Source of the DNA: Vicugna vicugna
Taxonomy: Eukaryota
DNA length: 64,000 nucleotides
Direction: 5' to 3'
Assembly: GCA_013265495.1 (NCBI GenBank)
Contig: MU058584.1
Coordinates: 2,141,599-2,205,598 of the forward strand
Shown: positions 37,969 to 50,033 of the stretch, piece by piece
How positions within the stretch are numbered: position 1 is the first letter of the stretch
Layout of the letters: every line of letters begins with the position of its first letter
Notes under the pieces: model-generated
What the model saw: the letters and a program-made list of their open reading frames with translations, nothing else
Databases searched by the model: none
Told to the model about the DNA's origin: nothing
Translations under genes and position numbers: made by a program

Positions 37969-38540
37969 TGTATTGGTCAGAATTTTTGGTTGCACTAAAA
38001 ATCACACATGCTGGTTACTCTAGGTAAAATAAAAAAATTTACTGAAAGATCTTAGTTTTAGGGGTGGGTGTAGCTCAGTTGTAGGGCGTATGCTTAGCAC
38101 GCGTGAGATCCTGGGTACAATCTCCAGTTATCACCATAAAGAAGATAATATTAAAAAAAAAACTTGGACTTAATAAACAAAGATTGAAAACATACATGGG
38201 GCACTGGTTGGCTCACAGACTGTGTACAGGGCCTGGCGGCCTGTGTCCACAGCCCCAGGGAGGCACATCCACTGGAAACACCGCTGCCTCTGCTGCTGGT
38301 GGCCAGGACACTCTGTACCCGATGCCCGTGATTCAGCCATGTTTGACCCTGAAGAGCCACATGCCTCAAGATCGGGTCCTCCGAATTGCACGGCTGCTCT
38401 TCCAAACCCGAATCTCGCGAGTCTTCAGATTGGTGGAACCCATGTCATCTGGCTGCACTGAGTTGCAAGGAGATCTGCGGGATTAAGTCTTATGGTCTGG
38501 CCTTGGAAAAGTGGGGCTCGTGGTGTGGGGACACTGTCAA
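37969..38540 (-). mobile_element. ERVL-class solo LTR (LTR33/LTR16-like), interrupted by a SINE
   Basis: Starts tgtattggtcagaatttttggttgcac (reverse-complemented LTR end) and contains gattggtggaaccc...gttgcaaggagatctg. Confidence 0.6.
38061..38162 (+). mobile_element. tRNA-Ala-derived camelid-type SINE (short form) nested in the LTR
   Basis: GGGGTGGGTGTAGCTCAGTTGTAGGGCGTATGCTTAGCACGCGTGAGATCCTGGGTACAATCTCCAG followed by an A tail. Confidence 0.88.
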
Positions 38541-39349
38541 AACTGTGATATCTCAAAGGCAGCCATCAGGTTTAGGGTAGGGGAGCCTCAGGTTGGGGCA
38601 ACTCCAGGAGAGAATGGTACACAAGACCAGGTAGAGTTGAGGAGCTATGGAATGTGACTCCTGGGTACCGTTCATCTTCCCATCGATGCCTCACCTCCCA
38701 GAGGAGGTCCCCGTTTGCCATCCTCTTGGGGTGTGTGTCTAACTTAGTGGTGCTCTCCTGGGGGCATTCTCAACGGGCCATGTGGCAGCTCAGCTTCTCC
38801 CAGTAGCTTCAGAAGCTGGATGGAAAGAAAGGAGGCTCTGTTGTTCATTTCTGCATTCAGTGGACACATTGTGAATGCTAAGGGGAGGCTGAAGTCCATT
38901 ATTATCATTATTCTTATTTGATGCTTTTGTGTATAAATATGCCTAGGGTTTCAACGATTCAGTGATGTATTTCGCTAATGCTTATGTTGTTCTAATGTAC
39001 GCGTGTGTTCGTTTCTCAGATTAGTCTGAGAAAGAAAAATGAAATAATGATAGCTGCTCTAAGAAGCCTGATAACAGATTCTGGCTGATGGAGCAGATAC
39101 TCTGCGGCTTGATAAGCGCGGTAGAACTGTGGGGCTTTTGTTATTGCTATTCTGGTAATGGAAATGTCCCTAGACTGGTTTCGAAGAACGTCGGTAACTA
39201 ATGCCTAGGAGAGGGGCTGAAAAAAATCCGGAGGATGGAGGATGGGAATGAGAAGATCCCTAAAAGTCTCTGGATTTTAAAACTGGGAGGGAATTCAGAC
39301 TTAGGTCCTGGCAGTTGCCCCTCCCCTCTGCAAAAATGTCACAGTAAAT

Positions 39350-39560
39350 AATAAGTCAATAATACTACCTTTTATTGAGTTCTGATTGTTTGCCGCAGTC
39401 CTTATTCAGTTATCTCATTTTATTTTCAGGACTCCTTAAAGGAAGGCATTCATTCCCCTTTGCTCAGATGAAGAAACTGAGATTTAGAGGTTTTATGTAA
39501 CCGGTCTTTGTCACGCAGTTTGTCCTGGGTCGAGCGGAGATTTGAACCTGGATTTGCTTT
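39350..39560 (-). mobile_element. MIR SINE
   Basis: aataatactaccttttattgag...cagatgaagaaactgagatttagag...gatttgaacctgg. Confidence 0.85.
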
Positions 39561-41274
39561 TAAGCACCAGGCTACACCCTAAGAAGAGGTGCTGAGATCA
39601 CATCTGTCTTGGGATGGTCCTGCCCATTCTACTTAAGTTTTTGCACATTTTGTGCCTCTCCCCACCCAGAATGATGCTGCTTCTGAAGACTTTGGTGGGC
39701 CGACTGCACCATCTTCGTGATGGTTCCCCGGCCTTGCGACCTTTCCTTTTTCTTACTGATTGCATTTTGATCAGCCAGTGTGTGTGTACTTAGTTCCTGT
39801 TTTAACATGGCAGTGGCCTAAGGAAAATGCAGTGCAAATGTAAAATTTTAGCTAAGGTCCCTTCCTCATAGAAGTTTATCATCTGAGAAAAGTAAATACC
39901 ATAATTCTGGCTCTGATGGGACTATAGTGAAGCCGAGGGCACTGGGGCCAAGATAGGAGCCTCGGGTCATGGTCGCTGAGCTGTGTCTCAGACCCTTTGT
40001 GTTGCCACTTCAGCCTGAAGACGTCCCACGGACGAGACCTCTGTCATAATTTGATAAGTAGTTTTTCAGTTAAGCACAGTAGATGCTTGGTGTTCAAGGA
40101 TTTCATATTTTCGGTTTCGGCTATTAAAAAATGACCACAAACGTCTCTGGTATGTAATCAGATGTAATTTTGTTGAGGCACAAATTTGAATGATTTGTGC
40201 AAGAGTGAGTCATTGAGCTGGTAAGAGAGCCCCGCCAGCTGCCAGGAGCCCCATCTCGACAAGTGGGATTCTCAGATGCGGGGGTTCCCACAGGCCTCAG
40301 GACAACAAGGCTTGTAGTTAATGCAGTTTATGCTCCCTGGGGTTCGTTTCCAGGCCTGCCCTGGTCTCAGGTGGTCCAGTTAGTGACCTACACGAGGCCA
40401 GCAGGCTGTCCTTCTGGCTTACACAAATGCCCACCCTTTCTGCCCTCTGGGGGTGGGTAGAGTGTGTTTTCCAGGCCTCTCCCTGGTGCATGAGACTTGT
40501 CTGTGGAGGTAATGGTTGATGCCCATTCTTGCACGCTTTTCCTAGGTCAGCTCCCCCTCCTTCACATTTCGGTCAGGAATTCTTTCATCACTGCCGTCCT
40601 CCCATCATCTGTTCCCAACAGTCAACCCTGTGCTACATGGGCCTGAACGTGTCTTTTCAGGACCTTGTGAAATCAGACACAAACCCCAGAGACATTTTTC
40701 CCCCCTAGGAATCCTTTGTTGCCAACCTAAGCAATCAGGAAAAGGATTGGTGGACTGTGTCCGTTTTCAGTTTTCTCCACCAAACCGGATTGTGTCTTGA
40801 CTTGGGGGGGGGGGCAGGAGGGGTGGTTGACTTTGAGGCTCAGAAAGACTTCACTTCCATGGCAAAAATTGGACAAGTGTGTACAAATCCTCTCCACCAT
40901 GCCAGCATCCGCCTCCACCCAGCCCACCTCCACCATGACTCATGGTTGCCTGAGAGAAACGCCTGGTCTCCCAGCCAAGGCTCAGCTGGGCTGGGTCCCG
41001 GGGTGATCTTTAGGTAGGTGTAGATAACAGGGAGCCTCCGAGCTCTGCCAAAAGCACTTGGCCACGGCCCCAAGATAATATTTGAAGTCCTTGTTCTAGA
41101 GAGCATCAAAGTATAATGCACTCTCCCCCTTTTGCCTTCCTCACCTTCCCCAGACGCAGCCAACGCTTGACGTCTTTTTATCAGATGAGCTTGGCACTGC
41201 CAGGACCGGCTCCTCGCGCCAATGTGGCAGCAGCCACAGCCCCTCAGCTTGTTAGACTGAAAGAATGTGCCGTT

Positions 41275-41378
41275 TTAATTAATGATATGTAAATATCCTT
41301 GAATGGGCCGCATTTGCATATTAAGAGAGATTTGCGGAATCTGCGGAGTAATATATTTTAATTAAGGATTAATTAAAA
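41275..41378. promoter_or_regulatory. Homeodomain/POU motif cluster (candidate enhancer core)
   Basis: TTAATTAA three times (41275, 41358, 41369), octamer ATTTGCAT (41312) and variant ATGTAAAT (41287). Confidence 0.45.
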
Positions 41379-42989
41379 ATAATGGGAATTTCATTTCGCC
41401 TGGCAGAATCCGTTTAGATTTTAGCACACGTCTGCTTGGGAGTCTGGTAGGAAGGCTCTGTGTTACGATTCCCGCAGATGAGAGAGGCACTCCTGTGTTT
41501 ATCATCTGGGAACCCCATTCCGGGGAGCAAAGGGAATAGAAAGGGGGTGAAATTTTCCTCTCGCCTTCCCCAGCACCCACCCCTCTCCTTCCCTCCTCTT
41601 TGTGATTTTAGGGCTGTTTTGGTATTCTTTATGGTAAAGTAAGTAAATGGCTCTGAGACACGGAACACTAGTTGTGTTGGCAATTATGTTAATGGGATGC
41701 TATTAGGCTATGATTCTATATGAGCAATTGGGGAGAAGAAATGCCTTACTGAGAGAGAATGATACAACAGACGTCTGTCTTATTGATATAGCTCCAGTGG
41801 TGCTTTCTGCATAATTACACTCGGCCACTTTCTGTAGGTGGGGGAGAGGCCGCTGCGTTAGGGAGTTGGGAGCAAGGGATCGGGGTAAGGGGTGCCCTCT
41901 TAGAGATGCACAGAAGATTTGGGGGAGCAGGTGGGGGTGTTGCAGGTGAGCAAAACTTGTTTCACAGACATCCTCCTATTTCTTCCTTCTGCTTCTCCTC
42001 CCCGAGAGGAGGAGTCTCAAGTGTGGACTGAGTTCTGACTCCAGTCCTCCTCTCCAGAAGTTGAATTCTCTGGAATACACACACTGCCTCTCTGATCGTC
42101 TTGTCTGTGGGCCTACCCTACTGCCCTTTCCTGAGTTCACACAACAAGTCCCCGAACTCGTAGGGAACTCACTGCTCTACCCTCGGCCCCAAACGCACAT
42201 GCTCACGGCCCTCCAGGACTTCCTGCCATCCAGCTGGCTTTCGCGGTGGATACGCGCAGTGGGAGCTTCTCCCGGACCCTCGTGGTCTGGCCCTCAGCAA
42301 GCCCTTTCCTCCTCTCCCAGTTCTATGGCTGCTGCCAGTATGGGGATTGGACCACCAGCTTGTCCTTTCACAGGGCTGGAGAGAATTCTTCTTGCACATT
42401 TGACTGCATTCAAGAGCGGGAGGGCCTATAAGCAGTGGGCAGTCTGCAAGGATGCCAGACTATGCCCTCAAGTGACCCAGGCCGGGGACTCCAGAGAGCT
42501 GCCACGTCGGAAAATGCTTATTTGGTTTTCTTCCCTTCCCGTAACACACCCTCGGGGAGATCCAGGGGAAATAGCCTAGGACCTCTTTGAGAGCCCTCGG
42601 CCTGAGGCTTGCATCTTTAAAGCAAATTTCCGGATTGTTTTGATGACTGCTTCGCAGAAATGCTGGGGAGGAACCTGGGGGCCAGGGACCCAGCAATTAG
42701 GCTTCTACACAGTCCCTTTCCAGGAGAATCCCCTGGTGGAAAATCTCAGCACTTCCACTGGAAGCCTTAACTCAGTTTTCCCCTTACTCTCATTAAAAAG
42801 TATGTATGTCAGCTCCCCCCTCCTCCCGCCTCCCCCGCCCCGTGTGACTCCTATAATTCATGAATTTGGGGGAAATCCACCTATAAGCGCTGCTGTGATG
42901 GCCTTTCCTTGTAGGCATCCTGACATCTCAATAGCCGGCTGACTGAAGGCATTCGGGGTCAGGACTGAAAGGAAGATGGGGCTGAGCTG

Positions 42990-43294
42990 AATATATTGAC
43001 ACCGCGGAGAGCGCGGGCAGCAAAGGGGCTTTCAGAGCGACAGAGCGACTCTGGGGCAGAAACACGGAGTAGGGAGCAGAGCAGAGAGAAGGGAGCAGAA
43101 GGTGGCCGGGTACGGCGCCCTGCAGACCAAGGCCTGGGTGCCCGCGGAGGCTCAGGGGACAGCGAACAAAGCGTGGGGTGGAGGGATGGGAAGGAGGGCT
43201 GCCTCGCCGCCCGAGCCCGCGCGCCTGTGTGCACTTTGCACAGGCGGCGGTGCCGTATCTAATGCAAATGGAGAAAATGCAGTTTCTGGTAAGT
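42990..43294 (+). promoter_or_regulatory. CpG-rich segment: candidate internal promoter / alternative first exon with 5' splice site at 43288|43289
   Basis: Dense CpG/GC-rich sequence (ccgcggagagcgcggg, gccgcccgagcccgcgcgcc), ATG in strong Kozak context at 43186, octamer/ATG at 43262, and CTG|GTAAGT donor. Confidence 0.45.
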
Positions 43295-45809
43295 GTTCCC
43301 TAATAAATAATATCAAGTCTTCTTCCCTATCAGCCGGTGACATGCCGCATTTCTCTTCCCCATGCGCCAGCCCAAGACATTTAATGATGTGGTGCTCCTT
43401 GTGGGATGTGAGGGCCATGCTAATTCTCCGCTCGCACAAAATGGTGGGAACGGATTCAGCCCGGCTCAATTATTCCGCACCGACAGAAATCACGAAATAA
43501 ATATCGAGGCGTTGCCAATGCACAGAGTCCTTTTTGTCTTTTCCTTCCTTTCTTTCTTTTTTTTAAGTCAGTGAAGTTACTCTTGGGTTTTTTTTTTCTT
43601 TTCTTTTCATTATGTAGAAATTCGTCCAAGGCTAGTTCTTGGTCGCTGGAGGATTTCATTAACGGAATGAAGTAAAAAAATAATCAATTTCAGATGTTCC
43701 CAGTGTTTGTGGTAATGGTCTCTCTAACAATTCTGATTAGCTGGGTGAGATGGAATTTTTCTTCTAAATGACTGCCTGGTGACATTAAATACGGGCAAAC
43801 TTTGGGGGTGCGCGCACGCGTGTGCCCACGCCGGGAGCTGGGCGGGAGGCTGCTGTGCATCCTTGCCCTCTTCCTTCACTGTTTTACCGCCTGCTTCATG
43901 TTTAATTTCCCCTGTCGTAACCCTTTCCCTCCATCAGTACGGTGTCTGAAAGGCTGTTCTCTGTCCCTTGCTCTCTCCTCATAAGTCTGGGCCATTTCTG
44001 GGAACATGTGTGAAAGGCTGATTTTTTTTTTCTTTTTTTGTAAGTGGTGGGGGAGGGTAAAAGGCTGGGGAAATCTGCATTCAAATCGATAAGAGAGCCT
44101 CGTCGGAGGAGGAAAGGCTTTCTGTGTGCGTGGGTGTCTGAATCCTGGTGTATATTATCCTGGTATCTCTGCCAACCCAACTGGGAGCTCATCTGAAAGG
44201 ACTGGCTTGCCCATACGCCTTACCTTCCCTTTCTTCCCCGATCCCTTGTACTTTCAAAGAATGAATACATTAAATTGAAGAGAGTCCACAGTGGATTTTT
44301 CATTATTAATATGTTTCTTTTTATTTATTTTTCATGTATTTTTCTTAGTCGGGCTGTTGTCCTTTTTCTTTTTTTCCTTTTTCTTTTTGCGCATCTGCAG
44401 CCTGTGTGTGCCTCAACACACTCACAGACGTAAACACACCAGAGAGGGCCGCCGCATGTGTGAACTGTTTGTACTTTTTCCCTTTGATAAGCTGTCATCT
44501 GTGGGCACTGCTCGGGGATTTGATCCCAGTGATCCTGTGACCCCGTGGAAGACATTAAACACCCTCTCAGGCCCTTTGCTCTGCCTCTGTCTCTGAACCT
44601 TTCACTCTCCTTTAATGAGAATTTCTCCTAATTATTTCAGTAGCTGCAGCAGAGGGACCGCAGTGTACTTAGATCTCGATGCTGGGACGTGACTGTTATG
44701 CCGATAAAGGCAAGAGATCAATAATTTAGGCCCCAGCTTTAATGGCAACGCCGAGCGCTTAAGTGTCTGCATTCAGGCTGAGTCTTAGAGGTTCTTGAGG
44801 TATTAACGATTTCCATAGGATTTTTCTCCCCCTTTTCTTGAGCAGCAGCTGATTGCCATTCTTATACCTGCTACATTGTATTTATAAAAAAGATACTTGC
44901 TTTATCTCTTTGAACGTATGTCTCTGTAACCCATAAATGTGCAGAGGCATGCCCGTGCCTCTTGTGTGTACATCTGAGTATTTGCAAATGTGTATACACA
45001 CTTAAGCACCTATAGATTTCTATTTTTGTTCTTATGCGGGGAGGAGCCTCAGTCATATCGTCTTGGCTTTCAGGCTACCTGTGATTTGTTCTTTCCAAAT
45101 TCATCTGGTTAATGTTTGGGCACTTCAAAGGCAGGGGTATAAGTCATCTTTTTTTTGTTGTTTTATTTTATTCTCTGATTTCCCTCTCTGTCTTAAAGCT
45201 ACAATTGCACTTGACAGAAAGGGGCAACACCAAATCACTGGGCTCCCTCAGATGTGGGTATGGGTGTGTATGTAATACAATTACAAGTTCTTTATAAGGG
45301 TCATTCCCTAAGGAATTCCAGCAAATCCATCCCCCCATATTCATACAGTGCATAAATACTAACCAAGCAGATAAATGCTATGAAAATCATCATACTATAG
45401 GACATATTTTACATTAAGTTAGAAAGTGAAATAAAGAAAGCATCATACAGTTAAAGGATTTTCTTGGAAGATTAGCCACTGGGATGTTCATCGCCTACCA
45501 TAATATAAAGCTGCAAATACATGCTCAGTGCTCCCCTCAGGGTCAGAGTGCAGCAGGGAGGACCTGAAAATGGGACCTAACTTGTCCTCTGTGAGTCCAG
45601 GCTCCAAGCGCCACATTTCCCAATACTTTCATCAGCTCAGCCTCTCCGGCACTTTTTCTTCTGGAAAAGCTACTGACATTTTAAAGTTGCATTTAGACAC
45701 TAGGGTCCTGTGCATCTGCTTATATTTCCCTTACATTTATATATTTGGCATTGAAAATTCAGTAGAGAAAGCATTTCTTTCAACTGTAAACTTCCCATGT
45801 GGATGGAAA

Positions 45810-45934
45810 TTTTTTTTAAAAAGTTTAACCTTTTCTTTTAAATTGAACTATAGTCAGTTTACTATTTTGCATCCATTTCTGGTGTACAGCGTAATGTTTC
45901 ACCCCTGCATATACATACATATATTCCTTTTCGT
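45810..45934 (-). mobile_element. L1 3' end fragment
   Basis: ttttaaattgaactatagtcagtttac...atttctggtgtacagc...catatacatacatatattcctttt. Confidence 0.8.
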
Positions 45935-46000
45935 AATGAATAGAACTTTTAAAGGGGGTATGGTGTGACTTCACACCAAGATCTCAGCACGTGCCGCACC

Positions 46001-46019
46001 CAGCCACTAGGGGGCAAAG
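46001..46019 (+). promoter_or_regulatory. CTCF core motif
   Basis: CAGCCACTAGGGGGCAAAG versus consensus TGGCCACYAGRKGGCRSYA; the core CCACTAGGGGGC is intact. Confidence 0.6.
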
Positions 46020-47109
46020 CGACAGACTTGTGGTTTTCAGGGTCTCTGGAGGAGTCTCTTGTCCAAGGAAACAGAAACACAGCTGCAGGGAAACTTGTAG
46101 GGAAAGGACAGAGAGGGTTTGAATAACTATCAGTGCTTTATACATTGGGAACCAGGGGCACAGAGATGAAAGGGCTTCGAGCTGATAACAAGACGTGGGT
46201 CCTTGTAGTTTCCAACAATGAGACGGTTTTCCCCATCCAGTTGACCTTTCACGATGGGGAAAGTTTTGTTTCCTGTTTGGCCATCTACCACTGGTCAGCC
46301 TCCATCTCTGCTTCTCAAGTTCATTGAGCTTAGGGCTTTCAGATGAGGTGACATTTCTTTCTTTGTCCCTAAAAGGCTTATTTCTAGAAGCAGATTAGCT
46401 TTTATAGTATCAAGTCTGGTTAGCCTAGGGTCATGATGTAGACGTGAACAAGGAGGAGTGAGAAGTTGAATTCTAGACCAGAAAACCTTAGCATCTTTGT
46501 GTTTTCAATACCGTGCTGGTTGGTGCTGTGGCTGAGGTAAACAAATAGTTTTCTTCCTGTGACCTTGACTTTGCTCTGCTCTGCCAAGGTCATCATTGCT
46601 TTGCTAAGATCGGATGCTGCTTTTTGGTAATTGCCACCAAAACCCCTTTTTCAAGTTAAGGGAGACAGCCTAGGGACTTGGAGTGAAAGCTAGGGGTTAA
46701 GGAGTTCTGAGAAAATTATAAATAGACATGGAATGTCCTGGATAGTTCTGTGGTAGAGGAATTAATTCTGAACCACTAAGTACCATTAAGAACTCGATGC
46801 CAACTAAACAGGCAGAAATTTTTTTCAGATGCTGCCAAAAGTTAGAAACCACCTAATGTCCCATAGCTTCAGGGAAGAAAAGACTTAATTCTACCAAACT
46901 GGAGAAAATGAAGAAACACTTAAGAGTCGGAATCCAGCTGATCCTGGAGGCCACTGGTCCTGGGCTAACAGAGACCAAAGATGATACTGGGTGGGTTGGT
47001 CACAGAAAGAAATCTCAGGCTCAGCCGCCTGAAAGGATCTTTAAACTTGATGGAATGATGTTCTGATTTCATGGTACCCGTGAGTGTAAGCCCTTTCTTG
47101 GACACGGTA

Positions 47110-47300
47110 CTTTGTAGCTTACTAAATGCTTTCACATCTACTAAAAACACCCCAAGGAGATTGGCAAGGGAAATACAATGAACTCTATTTTAAGATGAGG
47201 AAACTGAGGTTTAGAGGTCTGGAACGGCTTGTTTGAAGTCACATAGCTGGTAGGTGGCACAGCCACAACAACAATCTAAGTTTTAATTCCTGGTCTGATA
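47110..47300 (-). mobile_element. MIR SINE
   Basis: ctattttaagatgaggaaactgaggtttagagg...gtcacatagctggtaggtggca. Confidence 0.85.
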
Positions 47301-47926
47301 GGTGATGTCAACAGATCTTTCCCTTAGGAGTTTTGGTGAAAAAAAAAATTGTAAACCATTTCATCTGTAGCAATGGACTAGAAATAAAGTTTCCCTCTTG
47401 GGTCTTATTTTCTGCCCCTGGCGTCCAGCCCGTGGCATTGAAGAGAATAGGGAATTTCTTCCTTTTACCACTCGCTTAAGAAGTGTTAACAATAATTGTC
47501 CTCCTTCTCTGCTGTCCTAGCTCCTTCTGGGTGGAGGCAGCAGTTTCTGCGTGATCCAGCTACCACCCCAGTGCCCGGCACTGCTCAGACCGAGCCAGCC
47601 ACAGCCAGACCCGGCCGGTGGGCTGCGGCTTTCCTTGTCAGTAAGGGCGCTGTTGTGATGTGTGTTTTGCATCAGGCTGCCCACCATTACAAGGGGTCCA
47701 TGCACTTTACTGGCTCTTCTTTTCACGTTCAGCCTTTGTATCTACAAGATCCTTTCACTCGCTACTACTCAGATCATTATGCATGAACTCCAGGACCCCT
47801 ATCTGATGCTAAGGATTAACTACCGTCTGCTTATGTTACATCCCACTGGACCCACTTGGGTGAAAACTTCTAAAGCAGATCCTGGTGGCGACTGGACTTG
47901 AAATTTCTATATTGCATCAGACCAGG

Positions 47927-48290
47927 TATATTAGTCAGTTCGGGCTGCTATAATACAATCCTTAGACTGGGTGGTGTAAGCAACAGACATTAATTTCTCA
48001 TAGTTCTGGAGGCCGCGGGGTCTGAGTTCAGGTGCCAGCAGATTCAGTTCGAGCCATCTTCCTGGCTTGTAGACGGCTACCTTCTCATTGTATCCTCCTG
48101 TGGCAGAGAAAACGCGCTCTGATGTCTCTTCCTGTTCTCATCAAGCATTCATCCCATGATTAGGGTGGGGCCTGCGTGTTACCATTTAACCTAATTACCT
48201 CCCAAAGGCCCCACCTCCTAATACTATCAGATTGGGGATTAAAACTTCAACATACACATTTTGAGGAGACATAAACATTCAGTCCGTACA
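47927..48290 (-). mobile_element. MLT1A-like ERVL-MaLR solo LTR
   Basis: tatattagtcagttcgggctgctataa...atttctcatagttctggaggc...cctaattacctcccaaaggccccacctcc...acattcagtccgtaca, with 5-bp flanks ccagg/ctagg (putative TSD). Confidence 0.88.
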
Positions 48291-48862
48291 CTAGGTTTGG
48301 GACTTTTTGTGCATGCCATGTTTGGTGCGGTCTGCACGCCAAGTCACCTTCCATCTCCGCAGCTGGAGTCTGATAACTTCTCACCCCCATTCTCCTGACA
48401 GCACCTCTCGCCTCAGACCCTGTTGCTAGGGCTGTGCTGTTTCCATGTGGCACAAACTTACGCAGTTTGCAGACTCAGTTTCTGCATCTGACCCTTGAGT
48501 GCACCTTGCTGCAGGAGGGCTGGATAAGAGTAGCTCGCTGCACTTAGACGGGAGCAAGCAAGGAAAGGAGGGGTTTTGCATTCTCTTTGCTGCCACAGGT
48601 CCAGCTTTGAATTATGTGGGATAAACCAAGGCCTGCCTCCATGGGCCCATGAAGAGCTTTTATAGTATACAGTTCTATTTGTCCAGCCCCTTGCCTGGGT
48701 TTCCACTTTCAATTGCTTCTCTCCTTTCAGATCCCCTCCTGGACAAGCCGAACCCTTTGAGTACTGGGTTTTTGTAGTAGAAGTAGGGAACTACAGCTGT
48801 CTCTATGAAAACAGAGAATGGAACTGAGGGTGAAACAGGGTATGAAATGAAAATCAAATCCA

Positions 48863-48980
48863 GGAGGGGAAGGATGTAGCTCAGTGGTAGAGCGTGTGCT
48901 TAACACGCATGAGCTCCCCAGTACCTCCATTAAAAACATACATAAATAAACTTAGTTACCTCCCCCGCTCCAAAAAAAAA
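48863..48980 (+). mobile_element. tRNA-Ala-derived camelid-type SINE (long-tail form) lacking the B box
   Basis: ggatgtagctcagtggtagagcgtgtgcttaacacgcatgagc|tccccagtacctcc, with TSD AAAATCAAATCCA at 48850-48862 and 48981-48993. Confidence 0.9.
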
Positions 48981-49196
48981 AAAATCAAATCCAAGTAGTT
49001 CAAAGTGTGAAACCAAGAAGGCAAGGCAGAGAGGCAGGGTTGTGCATAAAGGTGGAAAATAGAGTGCCCACATGAAGCAAAGTGGTTCCGAAGGATGAGA
49101 GGATACAGAAATCTCAGCCCTGGGCCGTGGCTGCCATGGGTGCAGAGTTTATGGTCCAGGACTTTTTTGGCTCAGACACCAAGTCTTGAAATGGAT

Positions 49197-49300
49197 TGTA
49201 GTGAAGTGTTTAAAAGGACAGCCCCTGGAGTGGGACAGCCTGGGTTCAAAGCCCACCCCTCAACTTGCCGGCTAAGTGAGGCTGAGGCGCTTTAACTGTC
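49197..49300 (+). mobile_element. MIR 5' fragment
   Basis: gtagtgaagtgtttaaaagg...ccctggagtgggacagcctgggttcaaagccc. Confidence 0.7.
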
Positions 49301-50033
49301 CTGCGTGATATGTGGTAACGTCATTCTGTTCTTCAAAGAGCCTTGCCTGCCTCACTCCCCAGCCGCCCAGAGTTCCTTCTCCTAAGGCTTAAACCTTCCC
49401 CCTTAAGCTGGGTCTGCCTTTAATGGACATGCTGCCCTGCAGGGTCCACCCTACCCATAGCAGTGACTGCCTGGGTGCTTTTTTGGGTTTTTTCCCCCCC
49501 CTTTTTTGCATGAGACTATCAAGCTAGGCTCATCTGATCACTGTCACAACCATTTGGACACTCCAGTTAGGATTCTTGGCTTAGTTTGCACCCTTTGCCC
49601 AACCAGAAGTTACTGTTAAGATCTCAGCATGAATAATCATGGTTTATGGCCAAGAAGAATAACTTCCACGCCTACACTGCTTTACAGTTTATAAAGTGCG
49701 TGGATTTGCGCCATTTACTCACAATTTTTAAAGTGCTCTGGGGTCTATAAAAAGTGGGTAAGGACTGATCGCTGCCTTAGGGGAGCTTCCAGTGTTTGGG
49801 AGACTAGACTAAAATCTGTAACGTGCAGATGATAATGTTCAATGAAGTTGTTAATTAGGTGTCGTGGAGGGAAAGTACAGTGCTATTTCAGAGACAAGAA
49901 CAGGGGCTTGGGGTTCATGGTGATTAAGTAACCAGCACCAAGGAAGCATGGAGGTAGGAATTAATTCCCATGAGAAGGGAGGAAACTGGCCTGCCTGCTG
50001 TACAGGATGTGGGCTAGAGCAGTGATGACGGAG

